Part shown: positions 10,118 to 20,033 of the stretch, piece after piece | Numbering within the stretch: the stretch's first letter is position 1 | Layout: each line of letters opens with the position of its first letter | Origin: a plasmid | Reading direction: 5' to 3' (one strand) | DNA length: 64,000 bases | Assembly: GCF_053078305.1 (NCBI RefSeq) | Contig: NZ_CP166875.1 | Program-made: the position numbers and the translations under genes | Notes under the pieces: generated by a model | Databases searched by the model: none | What the model saw: only the letters and a program-made list of their open reading frames with translations | Told to the model about the DNA's origin: nothing

Positions 10118-10387
10118 CTACTGCTCATCAGGAAACAGCTTTTTCAGTTCTTCACCGGAAAGTCCCGTGACCTCCTGAATCCGTTCCGGCGGCCAGCCTA
10201 TATCCCGCAGCCGGCAGGCTATTTCCCGCGCCACTTCAAGAACCCCTTGTTTAAAACCTTCTTTAAAACCTTCTTTAAAACCCTCGTCGAAACCTTTCTG
10301 TATAAGACGTTCTGCAATCGTCATGCTGTTTGCTCTGCTCCTGCTGGCAAAAAAGCCCGGGATTTTGCCGGGCTTTGTGGTTCTCAT
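10118..10387 (-). CDS. Small protein resembling the C-terminal domain of Rpn nucleases, with KEGF tandem repeats
   Basis: C-terminus (ACRLRDIGWPPERIQEVTGLSGEELKKLF) parallels the C-terminus of the adjacent Rpn protein; 12-bp tandem repeats in DNA. Confidence 0.5.
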   Translation of the reverse strand: MRTTKPGKIPGFFASRSRANSMTIAERLIQKGFDEGFKEGFKEGFKQGVLEVAREIACRLRDIGWPPERIQEVTGLSGEELKKLFPDEQ

Positions 10388-11301
10388 CAGTGAGTGATTT
10401 TCTTCAGTTCGTCATCGGAAAGTCCGGTAGCCTGCTTAATCTGCTCCGGCGTCATCCCCATTTTCTGAAGCTGGCACGCAATAGCCAGGGCTTTTTCAAG
10501 CGCTCCTTCCATGCGTCCTTCCATCCTGCCTTCCTGGCGACCTTTTTGCTCAAGACGTTCTGCGATAGTCATCAGTTTATCCTCATGCTGCGGCAGACGC
10601 TCAGCCAGCGCCCGCATAAATTCCGGTGATACAGAGTCCCCTGCGTTAACGATGTAATGAATCAGAACACGCACCTGTTCATCTGAAATTTCCACCATGA
10701 CCTGCGGGAGTTTGTCCAGCAGCTCCATCATGTCACGATGGCGGATATGCTTCATCAGCAGCGTCAGTGCGGCCATCCGGCGATGGTTCATGATTTCATT
10801 GTCATCAACGACAGTGATATCAACCAGCGGAAACGGCTTTGTGTATATTTTAGCCGCAAGAGCCGGATTCTCAAAACAGCCCAGCCAGTTCATGCTGTAC
10901 GGGTACGGGCTGCGCTCACCGTGATAGAACAGCACCGGAATCACCAGTGGCAACGTTTTGTGCTGCTCCAGATGTCTCTGCATCGCCGCCACACTGTAAC
11001 GTAACATGCGAAAAGGCATGTACAGATTTTCGGTGCTCTGGTGCTCGATGAGCGTATAAACATAGCCGTCTTCACCCCCGGTGGTTTTCACGCTCCAGAG
11101 GATATCGCTGGCGTACTGATGCAGGTCCGGCTCTACAAAGGTGGCGGGTTCCAGCTTCAGCGTGGACAGGTCGCACAACTGCCGGTACTCCGCAGGAAGA
11201 TGCAGTTCCAGAAAATCTCTGGCGACGTCGGGATTCGCCAGGAACGACCGGAACGCGGCATCATGCGGCGTGGGCGTTGTGGTGTTTTTCTTCTTACTCA
11301 C
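10387..11301 (-). CDS. Rpn-family recombination-promoting nuclease (YhgA-like PD-(D/E)xK)
   Basis: 304 aa; conserved Rpn N-terminal nuclease region (FLANPDVARDFLELHLP...TLIEHQS) recognised from memory. Confidence 0.7.
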   Translation of the reverse strand: MSKKKNTTTPTPHDAAFRSFLANPDVARDFLELHLPAEYRQLCDLSTLKLEPATFVEPDLHQYASDILWSVKTTGGEDGYVYTLIEHQSTENLYMPFRMLRYSVAAMQRHLEQHKTLPLVIPVLFYHGERSPYPYSMNWLGCFENPALAAKIYTKPFPLVDITVVDDNEIMNHRRMAALTLLMKHIRHRDMMELLDKLPQVMVEISDEQVRVLIHYIVNAGDSVSPEFMRALAERLPQHEDKLMTIAERLEQKGRQEGRMEGRMEGALEKALAIACQLQKMGMTPEQIKQATGLSDDELKKITH

Positions 11302-11762
11302 GGTTCCTCCATCAAATCAGCAGCATCGCAGCAATCATCGCCCAAATCCCCACAACCGAGAGGACAGCAATTGCGTTCAAAGCCATGACAACAATAGCCG
11401 CGTTCTGAGTCACGGCGTATTTCTTCAGCAATCTCTTCTGCGGAAAGGTAATCAAACTCCTCACGGGCCAGTTCCAGGACCAGTAGATGTTGTTCTGTCG
11501 GCAATGTGGCCACAAAATTATCAATAGCAGCACTCAAACGTCGCTGATATAGCTCATAAACAAGACCACAACGGGGCATTAGTTCTTCGGATAATAGTTC
11601 CAGTTTTGAGCGAATTCTGTCAGCGTTGAAAGTGACTTCATCAAAAGACATATGAAAAGCTTTGTCAGTATCAAAACAAGACTTCATTGTTATCTCCAGC
11701 CCTCCCGGGCCCTGAATGAAAGAGAATCTGTTTCCCTTTTCTGTTTTTTGTGGAGACACCAT
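11298..11762 (-). CDS. Hypothetical leading-region protein with Cys-rich C-terminus
   Basis: ORF in leading orientation; no recognised domain; true start may be internal. Confidence 0.35.
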   Translation of the reverse strand: MVSPQKTEKGNRFSFIQGPGGLEITMKSCFDTDKAFHMSFDEVTFNADRIRSKLELLSEELMPRCGLVYELYQRRLSAAIDNFVATLPTEQHLLVLELAREEFDYLSAEEIAEEIRRDSERGYCCHGFERNCCPLGCGDLGDDCCDAADLMEEP

Positions 11763-11863
11763 GCAACACAGACGTCGTGATGTTTTTCATCTTGCTCACG
11801 GTTCCTCCTGGTAAAGTACCTGAACACATCCTGCCACCTGCACAGGCAGACGGCAGGGGTTAA

Positions 11864-12130
11864 TCAGTGACAGACCCGTTCAATTTCAAGCGCGCGGAGC
11901 AGGTGGCCCCATTCGCTGACTTTCATGGCGGGGATACGTACCCGCTTCTGCTCACTGCAGCGTCTGGCGATATGACCGCCCATCGCCAGGACGTCCGGGT
12001 TAATCTCATCCGGTGCCAGTTCCTGGCGTCTGAAGCGGGTATGGCGGTGCAGGGGTTTATTCTCCCGCAGGCACTCTTCACGCAGACGCTTTACATACTC
12101 GGCGGTTGCGAAGATAATTGATGGTCTCAT
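11864..12130 (-). CDS. Hypothetical small leading-region protein
   Basis: Start refined to the internal ATG (MRPSIIF...); no recognised domain. Confidence 0.3.
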   Translation of the reverse strand: MRPSIIFATAEYVKRLREECLRENKPLHRHTRFRRQELAPDEINPDVLAMGGHIARRCSEQKRVRIPAMKVSEWGHLLRALEIERVCH

Positions 12131-12222
12131 GGCATAATCTCCATAGTTAGTGAATGAGATGCCGGACTTCCGTACGGGGAAGCGCCGGCGGAGAGAGGCA
12201 GGGTTTATCGCCCTGCTTTTTT

Positions 12223-12657
12223 TCATTCCGGACAGCGACGCAGTGCCAGCGCGAGCGCTTTCATCTTCCAGCCTTCCGGCGTGCGGTACATCACCTTCCA
12301 GTAGCCGTCGATGAACACATAATGGAAGCGCACCTCTTCAGTGCTTTCCGTGGCGATGGCCTCCCTGAAAGAACGGTACTCACGCGCCTCACTGTCCATC
12401 CGGAAACCACTGTCACGTCCGTAATAAGCCGTCACACCGTCCACCGGGTTCTGAAGCGTATGCCCGGCGGGTTTGTCGCAACGGGGACCGAGGCAACGGA
12501 TATCACCGTGTTCAACCAGGGCTTCGGCCTGCTGACCGGTGGCATAGTGGGTATGCAGGATGCGACCGTTCCAGGTCGGCTCACCGTGCAGGTGGCAGTA
12601 AACGGTACGGAACACCCCGTCGCGGCAAAAAACGGAAATCGTGCTGCTGACTGTCAT
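12223..12657 (-). CDS. Hypothetical leading-region protein (about 144 aa)
   Basis: Start refined to ATG at MTVSSTISVF; lies directly downstream of repeat A2. Confidence 0.4.
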   Translation of the reverse strand: MTVSSTISVFCRDGVFRTVYCHLHGEPTWNGRILHTHYATGQQAEALVEHGDIRCLGPRCDKPAGHTLQNPVDGVTAYYGRDSGFRMDSEAREYRSFREAIATESTEEVRFHYVFIDGYWKVMYRTPEGWKMKALALALRRCPE

Positions 12658-12689
12658 GAAAACGTCTCCTTCTGCTGAATCAGGTCGCC

Positions 12690-13210
12690 GGGCCGACCGA
12701 TTGCTCCCCCGGAGGGGCGAAAGCCCCTTCTGCCGTCCACTTCTTCGGGGTTTCTCCCCGCAGTGGACCTTTCCGATGGGGCAGCGACAGCCACGGCACG
12801 GGGCAGTTGTCCGGGGGCAGACGCAAAAGTTTTTGACGCTTGCGGCAAAAAGTTTTGTGGCTGGTACATCTCCCCCCTGGACGGCTGACACGTGTTGTGG
12901 CCGCTTCAGCCCCCGGAAAGTCCACAGCGGGAAACAGGCCGCAGGGGTGGCGGCGGAAGGGCAGACAACTGCGCCATCAGGCGCAGTTTCCTTACACACC
13001 GTCAGGTGTGCAGGGAGCGCAGGTCACGGCGCGACAGAGGCGGCGCGACCGGAACGGTCGCTGCAAGCCTGGTTTTTCAGACATCGGACCGTAGCGGCAG
13101 CCCGAAACCGCGCCAGCGGGTTCGGCGGAGACTGGCGGGTGCGCCAGCAGCTGCCTGTCGGAGTCGGGCCTGACGACCGGATGCCGCCAGGCAGCCGGGA
13201 GCCGAAGGTG
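12690..13210 (-). repeat. Repeat family A copy 2 (Frpo/ssi-like candidate)
   Basis: Shares conserved blocks with copies A1, A3, A4. Confidence 0.55.
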
Positions 13211-13388
13211 TCCCCGCCTCCGGAAATCAGAACAACAGAAACGACATAACAGAAAAATGCCTCACACCATGACGGGCAGGAAGGGCAGCGCCGCAGGCGC
13301 GGCCCTCCTGCATTTCAGGCAGGCGTAAGCCTGCCAGGGTTTTCCGGCGGCCTGGCAGGCCATACCCCCGCCGGAGCGGGGGAGTAAA

Positions 13389-13889
13389 TCACCGACGGAA
13401 CACATGACCGTCAATAAAGGTGAAGGAGTCCAGGAATAAATCCCGCGCATACGCCTCATAGTCAAAATAGAGCGCCACCGTCTCCGGCACGTCAGCCAGC
13501 AGGCCGGTATCACTGGCGAACTCAACCGCAAAAGCCTCCTCACTGTCAGCCTCGCCCCACCAGGCATCGCGGAAGCTGTCAAAATCCGTCTCACCGGTAT
13601 CATCCACCCAGAGACGATAAGCCTCTTCGCAGCCTTCATCCCGTGCCCGGCGGAAGCCTTCAACCCAGGCCCAGTTGATATGACATTCAGAGGCCATATT
13701 CCCCGGGAATCCCTCATAATCCTGAAACATCAGTTCAGGATCGGCTTCATCCTGGTGAAGAGCACGGCAGGCGGCGAAAAAGTCGCGCTCATCATCAAAC
13801 GTGGTCAGGTCAAACCAGCGTCCGGCGATGCTTCCACAGTTGTATTTGTGCCAGGTTCCAACGTATACAGCAGGTGCAACAACAGACAT
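13389..13889 (-). CDS. ardA: Antirestriction protein ArdA
   Basis: 166 aa from ATG at MSVVAPAVYVGTWHKYNCGSIAGRWFDLTTFDD; acidic C-terminal half; RBS-like sequence upstream. Confidence 0.9.
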   Translation of the reverse strand: MSVVAPAVYVGTWHKYNCGSIAGRWFDLTTFDDERDFFAACRALHQDEADPELMFQDYEGFPGNMASECHINWAWVEGFRRARDEGCEEAYRLWVDDTGETDFDSFRDAWWGEADSEEAFAVEFASDTGLLADVPETVALYFDYEAYARDLFLDSFTFIDGHVFRR

Positions 13890-13904
13890 TCCCGAATCCT
13901 CCAT

Positions 13905-14100
13905 AGTCACATGTTCTGCGACACCGGGCGGTGCCGTGCCTCCATCTTTGCCGGGCCTGCAGGGATGCAAGGGCGCAAGGAAAGCCGCAGCCCGACGCGC
14001 ACGGCTGACGGGAGTTGGAGGGTGAGACCGCGAAATCTGAGCGGGTGAACGACCGGAAAATCACGGCAGACGGGAAGGAGGGACCGGGTGACCGCAGCGG
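13905..14100 (-). repeat. Repeat family B copy 1 (upstream leader element of ardA)
   Basis: About 190 bp near-identical to 35140-35335, which sits upstream of the KlcA-like gene. Confidence 0.6.
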
Positions 14101-14302
14101 TTCATCTTACCTTGCAACCCGCCCGCAGAAGCCCGGCTACGATGGAGGCACGGCACAGCCCGCACACGACGCTGAGGCCACATAACTGAAAACCCACAAG
14201 GCCATGCCCCGCATGGCCGGGTAAAGCGGAGCCTGCGGCGACATCCTTTTGCTCTTTCCGGGGACCGGCTGGAAAAGGCGGAGATTTTCCCCGCCAGCGT
14301 CA

Positions 14303-15073
14303 TCATTTCCGGATTTTCGCCAGTGCATCCGCCATGCTGCGGATTTCAGTCCGGGCTTCCAGGACCACCTCCCGCAGAATATCCCGGTCAAACCAGCGAC
14401 GGGACGGTTCATCAGGTATACGCAGCACATCGCAGGCCAGCCCACTGGACAGGATATGCTCCACACACTCACTGACCAGATACATTTCCACCGACGAAAA
14501 ACGAGCGCCCCGGTTCAGGATGGCATCGAGCACCACGGGCAGGTTTTCGTCGTCTTCATCGAGCCAGCAGGGGTGATCGCTTTCCTTCACAACCAGACGA
14601 AAGCGGCGCGTCTGGCGGGTCAGCAACGTCTGACCGGTGGTAGTCAACGCCGCACGGATACGCCGCGCATCTTCTGCCACCCGGCAACTGACACTGCATA
14701 CTGCATCGCGCACCGCATCAAGAACTGCCCTGATTTCGTCTTCGGTCAGCCATTCTCCGGCATACGGGAAAGACACCTGCGTTCCGTCTGCCGGAAGTAC
14801 CGGCAGCGACTGCCACTGACTGCCGGACAGAACAAGTTCCGCCCCGGTTCCGGTCAGTTTCTGAATGGCAGAGGCCAGGAGCGGCGGCAGTACGCCGCCG
14901 TGACGGTTGATAAGTAACGTCGCCAGCCGGGGCGCATCCAGCCGCACGTAAATGCTGATCCAGCCCGGATACTTCGGGTTCCGCTGGTCAACATCCGTTT
15001 CTTCCGGCCAGCCCTGCGCCAGCAACAGGTTGCTGGCGTGGCGATAAATCAGTGCATTCAGCGTTTCATTCAT
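14303..15073 (-). CDS. Hypothetical leading-region protein (256 aa)
   Basis: ORF in leading orientation; no recognised domain. Confidence 0.4.
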   Translation of the reverse strand: MNETLNALIYRHASNLLLAQGWPEETDVDQRNPKYPGWISIYVRLDAPRLATLLINRHGGVLPPLLASAIQKLTGTGAELVLSGSQWQSLPVLPADGTQVSFPYAGEWLTEDEIRAVLDAVRDAVCSVSCRVAEDARRIRAALTTTGQTLLTRQTRRFRLVVKESDHPCWLDEDDENLPVVLDAILNRGARFSSVEMYLVSECVEHILSSGLACDVLRIPDEPSRRWFDRDILREVVLEARTEIRSMADALAKIRK

Positions 15074-15117
15074 AATTCATGAACTCCCTGTATCGCCGCC
15101 CGAAGGCGGCGATAACA

Positions 15118-15552
15118 TCAGTCGTTTTCGTGTGTGTTGTTTTTCAGCAGGGTGCGGGCCTGATTAACCACCTCCTGACGGCGGGTGACGCATTCCGGGA
15201 CGGCGAGGCCATGATCCCGGGCGGCCCATTCACGTTTCCACAATGCCTGCTCAGCGGTCTGAATCAGGGACGCCAGCAGTTCAGCAGGGACGGTCACCTG
15301 GCGGTTTTCGCTCACGTTATTGATGATCTCCATCACCGCAGCGGAAGAAATACCGGACTCAATCCGCTGTTCTTCCGGGATGTCCTCCAGGCGTGCCAGG
15401 ACGGTCCTGATTTCATGACCGGTCAGAGAAATTTCCATACCGTCAGCCAGTGCCTGAATCTCTTCCGGGGACCAGACAACCAGCATCAGCGGCGTGTTCT
15501 CCGTATACTGCGCTGCCAGCTCACGGCAGAGCGTTTCGCATGTTCCGTACAT
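15118..15552 (-). CDS. Hypothetical leading-region protein, paralog of 34229-34648 (DUF1380-like)
   Basis: Shared start MY(G/C)T and shared motif RxVTVPAxLL with the second copy. Confidence 0.45.
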   Translation of the reverse strand: MYGTCETLCRELAAQYTENTPLMLVVWSPEEIQALADGMEISLTGHEIRTVLARLEDIPEEQRIESGISSAAVMEIINNVSENRQVTVPAELLASLIQTAEQALWKREWAARDHGLAVPECVTRRQEVVNQARTLLKNNTHEND

Positions 15553-15565
15553 TCTCGTCTCCTTC

Positions 15566-15787
15566 TCAATCTTTAAAGCACGCATCCAGTTCCAGAATTT
15601 CGGTATATGCCTCCATCAGGAGGCGGTTTGCGCGAAACAACGTCTGACGCACCAGACGTTCCGGCAGGGTGTCAGCATTAAAGCTGTACCGCCGCTCCAT
15701 CTCATTCATGGTTGTACGCAGGTCGCACATGGCATTGGCCACATCCGCCACTTCGGCGCGAAGTTTTTCGTGTCCGGCATAGTTCAT
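15566..15787 (-). CDS. Hypothetical small protein
   Basis: 73 aa ORF tightly packed between neighbouring genes. Confidence 0.3.
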   Translation of the reverse strand: MNYAGHEKLRAEVADVANAMCDLRTTMNEMERRYSFNADTLPERLVRQTLFRANRLLMEAYTEILELDACFKD

Positions 15788-16471
15788 TTACGCAGCCTCC
15801 GGCATAAACCAGTCATCATTCGCGGCCCCCTGCTGCATGGCCCGTTGTACGGCGGCAAGGCGTTGCTGCCCGGCACGGTGATACTGCTCAAGCAGCTCGA
15901 TACCGATATACCGGCGTCCGGACTGGAAGGCGGCCACGCAGGTTGAGCCGCTGCCTGCAAACGGGTCCAGCACAATTGCGTTCGGGTGTGTGAAGCTCTC
16001 AATCAGCGGTTGCAGGCTGGTAACGGGCTTTTCCGTCGGGTGATGACGATTGCCTGAATATTTCCAGCCCAGCACGTCCGGCAGCGGGTTTTGTGGCAGA
16101 CGTGGACGGCCTTTTGCCAGGATGTAGGCACATTCGTGGCGATAGCCCACATATGCGGCCTTCGATGTGTAGTTTTTGGTGAAGACCAGGTGACCAACAA
16201 CGCTGAATCCCGCATTTTTCCAGGCAGACATAAAACGATCGACGCGATTCCAGCCATAGAAGCTCACCATTAACGCGTCTTTTTTGAGTACGCGGTACAT
16301 CTCATTACAGGCCGGTTGCAGCCATTCATCGGTTTTATCGCCGGCAATGGTACGCCCCTGACGGTCACGAAAACCGACGAGGTACGGCGGGTCGGTGAGG
16401 ATGAAATCAATGGCGTTATCAGGGATACGGGCCATAACATCGATGCAGTTACCGAGGACAAAACGGGACAT
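15788..16471 (-). CDS. Orphan N6-adenine DNA methyltransferase (beta class)
   Basis: DPPY catalytic motif near N-terminus and FxGxG SAM-binding motif (DPFAGSGST) near C-terminus; no adjacent restriction gene. Confidence 0.8.
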   Translation of the reverse strand: MSRFVLGNCIDVMARIPDNAIDFILTDPPYLVGFRDRQGRTIAGDKTDEWLQPACNEMYRVLKKDALMVSFYGWNRVDRFMSAWKNAGFSVVGHLVFTKNYTSKAAYVGYRHECAYILAKGRPRLPQNPLPDVLGWKYSGNRHHPTEKPVTSLQPLIESFTHPNAIVLDPFAGSGSTCVAAFQSGRRYIGIELLEQYHRAGQQRLAAVQRAMQQGAANDDWFMPEAA

Positions 16472-16479
16472 ACCAAACT

Positions 16480-16850
16480 CCTTCTCTTACAGAGGGCACC
16501 GGGAGGGCCCCCCTGTGGTGCCCGTTCCCCGCTGCCTGTGGGCTGTTCACCGCGTCCGGTAACGGGTCAGGCCGACCGTGGAATACCGCAGCCGTCGTCT
16601 TTTTGACGGCAAGGTTATGCCGCGAAAGCGGCTTGAAGGGCGTTCATCAGAAAAGGGCGACGGGCTGGCGTACACTGTCACCGGTGCCAGCCGGGAGCGG
16701 TAAAAGCGCCCGTCCCGTGCCCGGCCGGACGCGGGACACTGACCACAGGCAGCGTTTATGCCGCGCCGCGTCAGCCGGCGCAGTAAAAAGAGGAGCACGG
16801 CGACATCCTTTGTCGGAAAAGAAACGGGCGGTTGCCCGCCCGTCTCCGTC
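16480..16850 (-). repeat. Repeat family C copy 1 (about 330 bp GC-rich structured element)
   Basis: Near-identical to 17795-18125. Confidence 0.6.
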
Positions 16851-16855
16851 ATACT

Positions 16856-17782
16856 TCATCCGCCATAATGCGCCACCTTGTCGACTATCCACGCAGGTCC
16901 GGTGACTTCCGGCAGCTCATCGTCATCTGTCGGGGAAGACCATTCCAGTTCCCCCCACAGCACATCAACGAGCTCTCCGCGCTCATACAACTGCCAGCCA
17001 CAGAAATTGCAGCCCTGTTCGGCGTACCAGTGCTCCAGCGTGCAGCCGAAACGGCGGCTTAATTCTGCAACAACGTCGCTTTCCGGCTGACACCACGGCG
17101 TGTCGAAATCTACCTGAATGAAGTTTTCCCCCTGACTGCTGATATTCAGGTCATACCCACAAGGCCACTTCACGCCATACCGTTCTGTATACCAGTGATA
17201 TGCAGAAGGAACACCGTTCAGAACACCGCCGTTAAAGCCATTCACTTCAATATCCAGGCGGGTCGGCAAAACCGTCAGCAGGTCAAACGGCATGGTTTTT
17301 TCCGGCAGTACGTTGTCACACAGACGGTTCCACCACACCGATACATCCTCGTTACCCCAGATGTCACACCAGTCACCTCTTTTTGCGGTGAAATGCACAG
17401 TGATAGTTTCCCTGACATCATCCGGTAACTCTTCCCAGCGACGCTGTCCAGTACCGCTCTGCAGCCAGAGTTCATGCAGCATCAGGCAGTTTTGCTCATC
17501 CAGCAGTACACCGTTCTGCAGGTGTGTCAGCCAGCGGGTGAACGCGATATTTTCCGGTGATACAGCACCACGTCCGGCAGCCGTCACTCCGGGGCACTGC
17601 TCAGAGCGGATATTTTCAGTGATCTGCAGAAGTCCGGCACTTCCGGCCAGAAACAGCTGAATACCTTCATTTGTGGCGCGGCGATAAAACGGTGTGACTG
17701 CACCGCTGGCCAGTCGTTTAATCTCAGCAATCTGTGCCGGTTCACCAGAAAAATACATACGATTCGAGCACCAGTTTGGCAT
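16856..17782 (-). CDS. Hypothetical leading-region protein (DUF1281-like)
   Basis: Start refined to ATG at MPNWCSNRMYF; flanked on both sides by repeat family C. Confidence 0.45.
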   Translation of the reverse strand: MPNWCSNRMYFSGEPAQIAEIKRLASGAVTPFYRRATNEGIQLFLAGSAGLLQITENIRSEQCPGVTAAGRGAVSPENIAFTRWLTHLQNGVLLDEQNCLMLHELWLQSGTGQRRWEELPDDVRETITVHFTAKRGDWCDIWGNEDVSVWWNRLCDNVLPEKTMPFDLLTVLPTRLDIEVNGFNGGVLNGVPSAYHWYTERYGVKWPCGYDLNISSQGENFIQVDFDTPWCQPESDVVAELSRRFGCTLEHWYAEQGCNFCGWQLYERGELVDVLWGELEWSSPTDDDELPEVTGPAWIVDKVAHYGG

Positions 17783-17794
17783 GGGAATTCTCCT

Positions 17795-18125
17795 CACAGG
17801 AGCACCGGGAGGGAGCCCCTGTGGCGCCCGTTCCCCGCTGCCTGTGGGCTGTTCACCGCGTCCGGTAACGGGTCAGGCCGACCGTGGAATACCGCAGCCG
17901 TCGTCTGTTTGACGGCAAGGTTATGCCGCGAAAGCGGCTTGAAGGGCGTTCATCAGAAAAGGGCGACGGGCTGGCGTACACTATCACCGACGCCAGCCGG
18001 GAGCGGTAAAAGCGCCCGTCCCGTGCCCGCCGGACGCGGGACACTGACCACAGGCAGCGTTTATGCCGCGCCGCGTCAGCCGGCGCAGTAAAAAGAGGAG
18101 CACGGCGACATCCTTTTCCCCTGAA
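17795..18125 (-). repeat. Repeat family C copy 2
   Basis: Near-identical to 16480-16850. Confidence 0.6.
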
Positions 18126-18139
18126 CATCCGTCAGCCTT

Positions 18140-18380
18140 TCTCTGCGGCAAGATCAATCCTTAACAGAAAAAAAACCAACAAGCACCCACATAAAAAACA
18201 AAAAACCCAAGCAACACCCACACAAACAAAAAAAACACCCAGAAAACACCCAAAGACAAACAACAATAAAGTAATGAAACCCATAAAACACCCAAAAAAA
18301 GACAAAAAAGATTAAATAGCACTTGAACGCCACCAAAAAAATACTATTATGGGTATAGACACCCAAACGACACCCAAAAG
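18140..18380. other. A/C-rich iterated array (CACCC-type motifs), parC-like centromere candidate
   Basis: More than 10 spaced (A)CACCCA motifs in a very A/C-biased stretch directly upstream of the ParM-like gene. Confidence 0.5.
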
Positions 18381-18388
18381 AGGATTTT

Positions 18389-19360
18389 ATGATTAAGATA
18401 TTCTGTGATGATGGTTCTACAGCGGTTAAGCTGGCATGGTTTGAAAACGGGGAACTAAAAACCCTCATTAGTCACAATTCTTTCAAGGAAGGCTGGAACA
18501 CATCAGGATTTGGCAGTGAGAAAACTTATAATTACTTAGTCGATGGAGAGAAATATGCGTTTGATACACATAACCCATCAGCAATAGTCACAACCAATAT
18601 TGAGTTTCAATATAGTGTAGAAAATCGTCTCGCTGTACATCACGCACTACTACAAACAGGAATGGAGCCTGGGGATGTAGAGCTTTGGGTTACATTACCT
18701 GTATCTGAATATTTCACTACAGATATGCAAGAGAATTCGGATAACATAAGAAAAAAAATAGAAAACCTGAAAAAAGAAATTACACTGAATAAAGGCAGCG
18801 TATTTTCAATCAAGAAAGTTCATGTATTACCCGAGTCTCTACCTGCAGCGTTGACCTCTCTCGAAGAGGATAAAGTCAGTGATCTTGAAACGTCCCTTGT
18901 CGTCGATCTTGGTGGAACAACTCTTGATTGTGGCGCTATAGCTGGCAGATATAAAAATGTAACACAAGTATCCGGAGAACCTGGTCTTGGCGTAACTCTG
19001 GTAACAACGGCGACAATGAATGCCCTGAAACAGGCAGGAACGCATACCAGCTACTATATTGCAGATCAACTGGTTAGAAACAGAAATGCTGATGATTTAT
19101 TCGAAATTGTTGTTAATGACAGCAGTAAAATAGATGATGTGAAATCAGTAATTGAAAACAGTATTACAAGACTTTCAGACAGAGTTATAAATCATTTACA
19201 CTCGTACAAAGGGATAAATCGTATATACATGACTGGTGGTGGTGCGGAACTAATCTACCCTGCAATAAAAAAAGCATTCCCCTTATTAAAGGATAAAGTA
19301 AAAATTTTACCAGATGCGCAATTAGCCCTTGTTATTTCTATTGCTGAAATAAATCGATAA
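18389..19360 (+). CDS. parM: Actin-like segregation ATPase (ParM/StbA family)
   Basis: 323 aa; actin-fold phosphate motifs (DDGST; DLGGTTLD; MTGGGAE); RBS aagagga upstream. Confidence 0.75.
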   Translation: MIKIFCDDGSTAVKLAWFENGELKTLISHNSFKEGWNTSGFGSEKTYNYLVDGEKYAFDTHNPSAIVTTNIEFQYSVENRLAVHHALLQTGMEPGDVELWVTLPVSEYFTTDMQENSDNIRKKIENLKKEITLNKGSVFSIKKVHVLPESLPAALTSLEEDKVSDLETSLVVDLGGTTLDCGAIAGRYKNVTQVSGEPGLGVTLVTTATMNALKQAGTHTSYYIADQLVRNRNADDLFEIVVNDSSKIDDVKSVIENSITRLSDRVINHLHSYKGINRIYMTGGGAELIYPAIKKAFPLLKDKVKILPDAQLALVISIAEINR

Positions 19361-19923
19361 TGAGGTACAGGATGAGTGATGAACGTCGTAAATTATGGCT
19401 ATACTTATATCCTGATGAGCCACAGCAAAAATCCGCAATAGAAACCATTGAAGAAATACCTCAAAGACAACGTTCTGATTTCTTCAGAGATAGTATTGTT
19501 GCAGGTATTGCATTATCAAAACTCGATAAACGATTACCTGCACTTGTATCTATGTTACTACAGCAAGATAGTAATATAGATACTCTTGTACGTATTTTAA
19601 AAATACTATTCCCCAAGCTTGATATTGACTCAACGGAAGATAAATCTACACTCTGTGCCGTTGCTTGGCAAAAAAGATGTCGGGATGAATTACAACAAGG
19701 CACACCATGGTCTGCCTGGTTTGCGATTAGTGAGGATGAATATAATCATCATCTTAATCATCCAGAATCAAACAGTCAGGTACGTGCATTATGGGCTTAT
19801 GATGAAAACGAGCAGAAAAAGGATATACAGGATAAAGAGAGAACGCCCTTTCCGGAGGCCAACACCAATACAAGTTCAGAAACATTGAGTAATGCTAAAA
19901 AATTATTTGGTAATTCAAATTAA
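19360..19923 (+). CDS. Partition adaptor (ParR/StbB-like)
   Basis: Translationally coupled to the ParM-like gene; assignment by position only. Confidence 0.45.
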   Translation: MRYRMSDERRKLWLYLYPDEPQQKSAIETIEEIPQRQRSDFFRDSIVAGIALSKLDKRLPALVSMLLQQDSNIDTLVRILKILFPKLDIDSTEDKSTLCAVAWQKRCRDELQQGTPWSAWFAISEDEYNHHLNHPESNSQVRALWAYDENEQKKDIQDKERTPFPEANTNTSSETLSNAKKLFGNSN

Positions 19924-20033
19924 TTATTCAAAGAAAATCCCGGTCGAAGGGCCGGGATGTTTACACGTTAACCACCCTGCAATTCTGCCACTCCTGATGC
20001 GGAATAACAGGACAGGACCGGGAACAGTCAGGC

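Noticed and set aside
18154-18468. 104 aa minus-strand ORF
   Set aside because: Low-complexity translation of the A/C-rich centromere-like array; no plausible protein.
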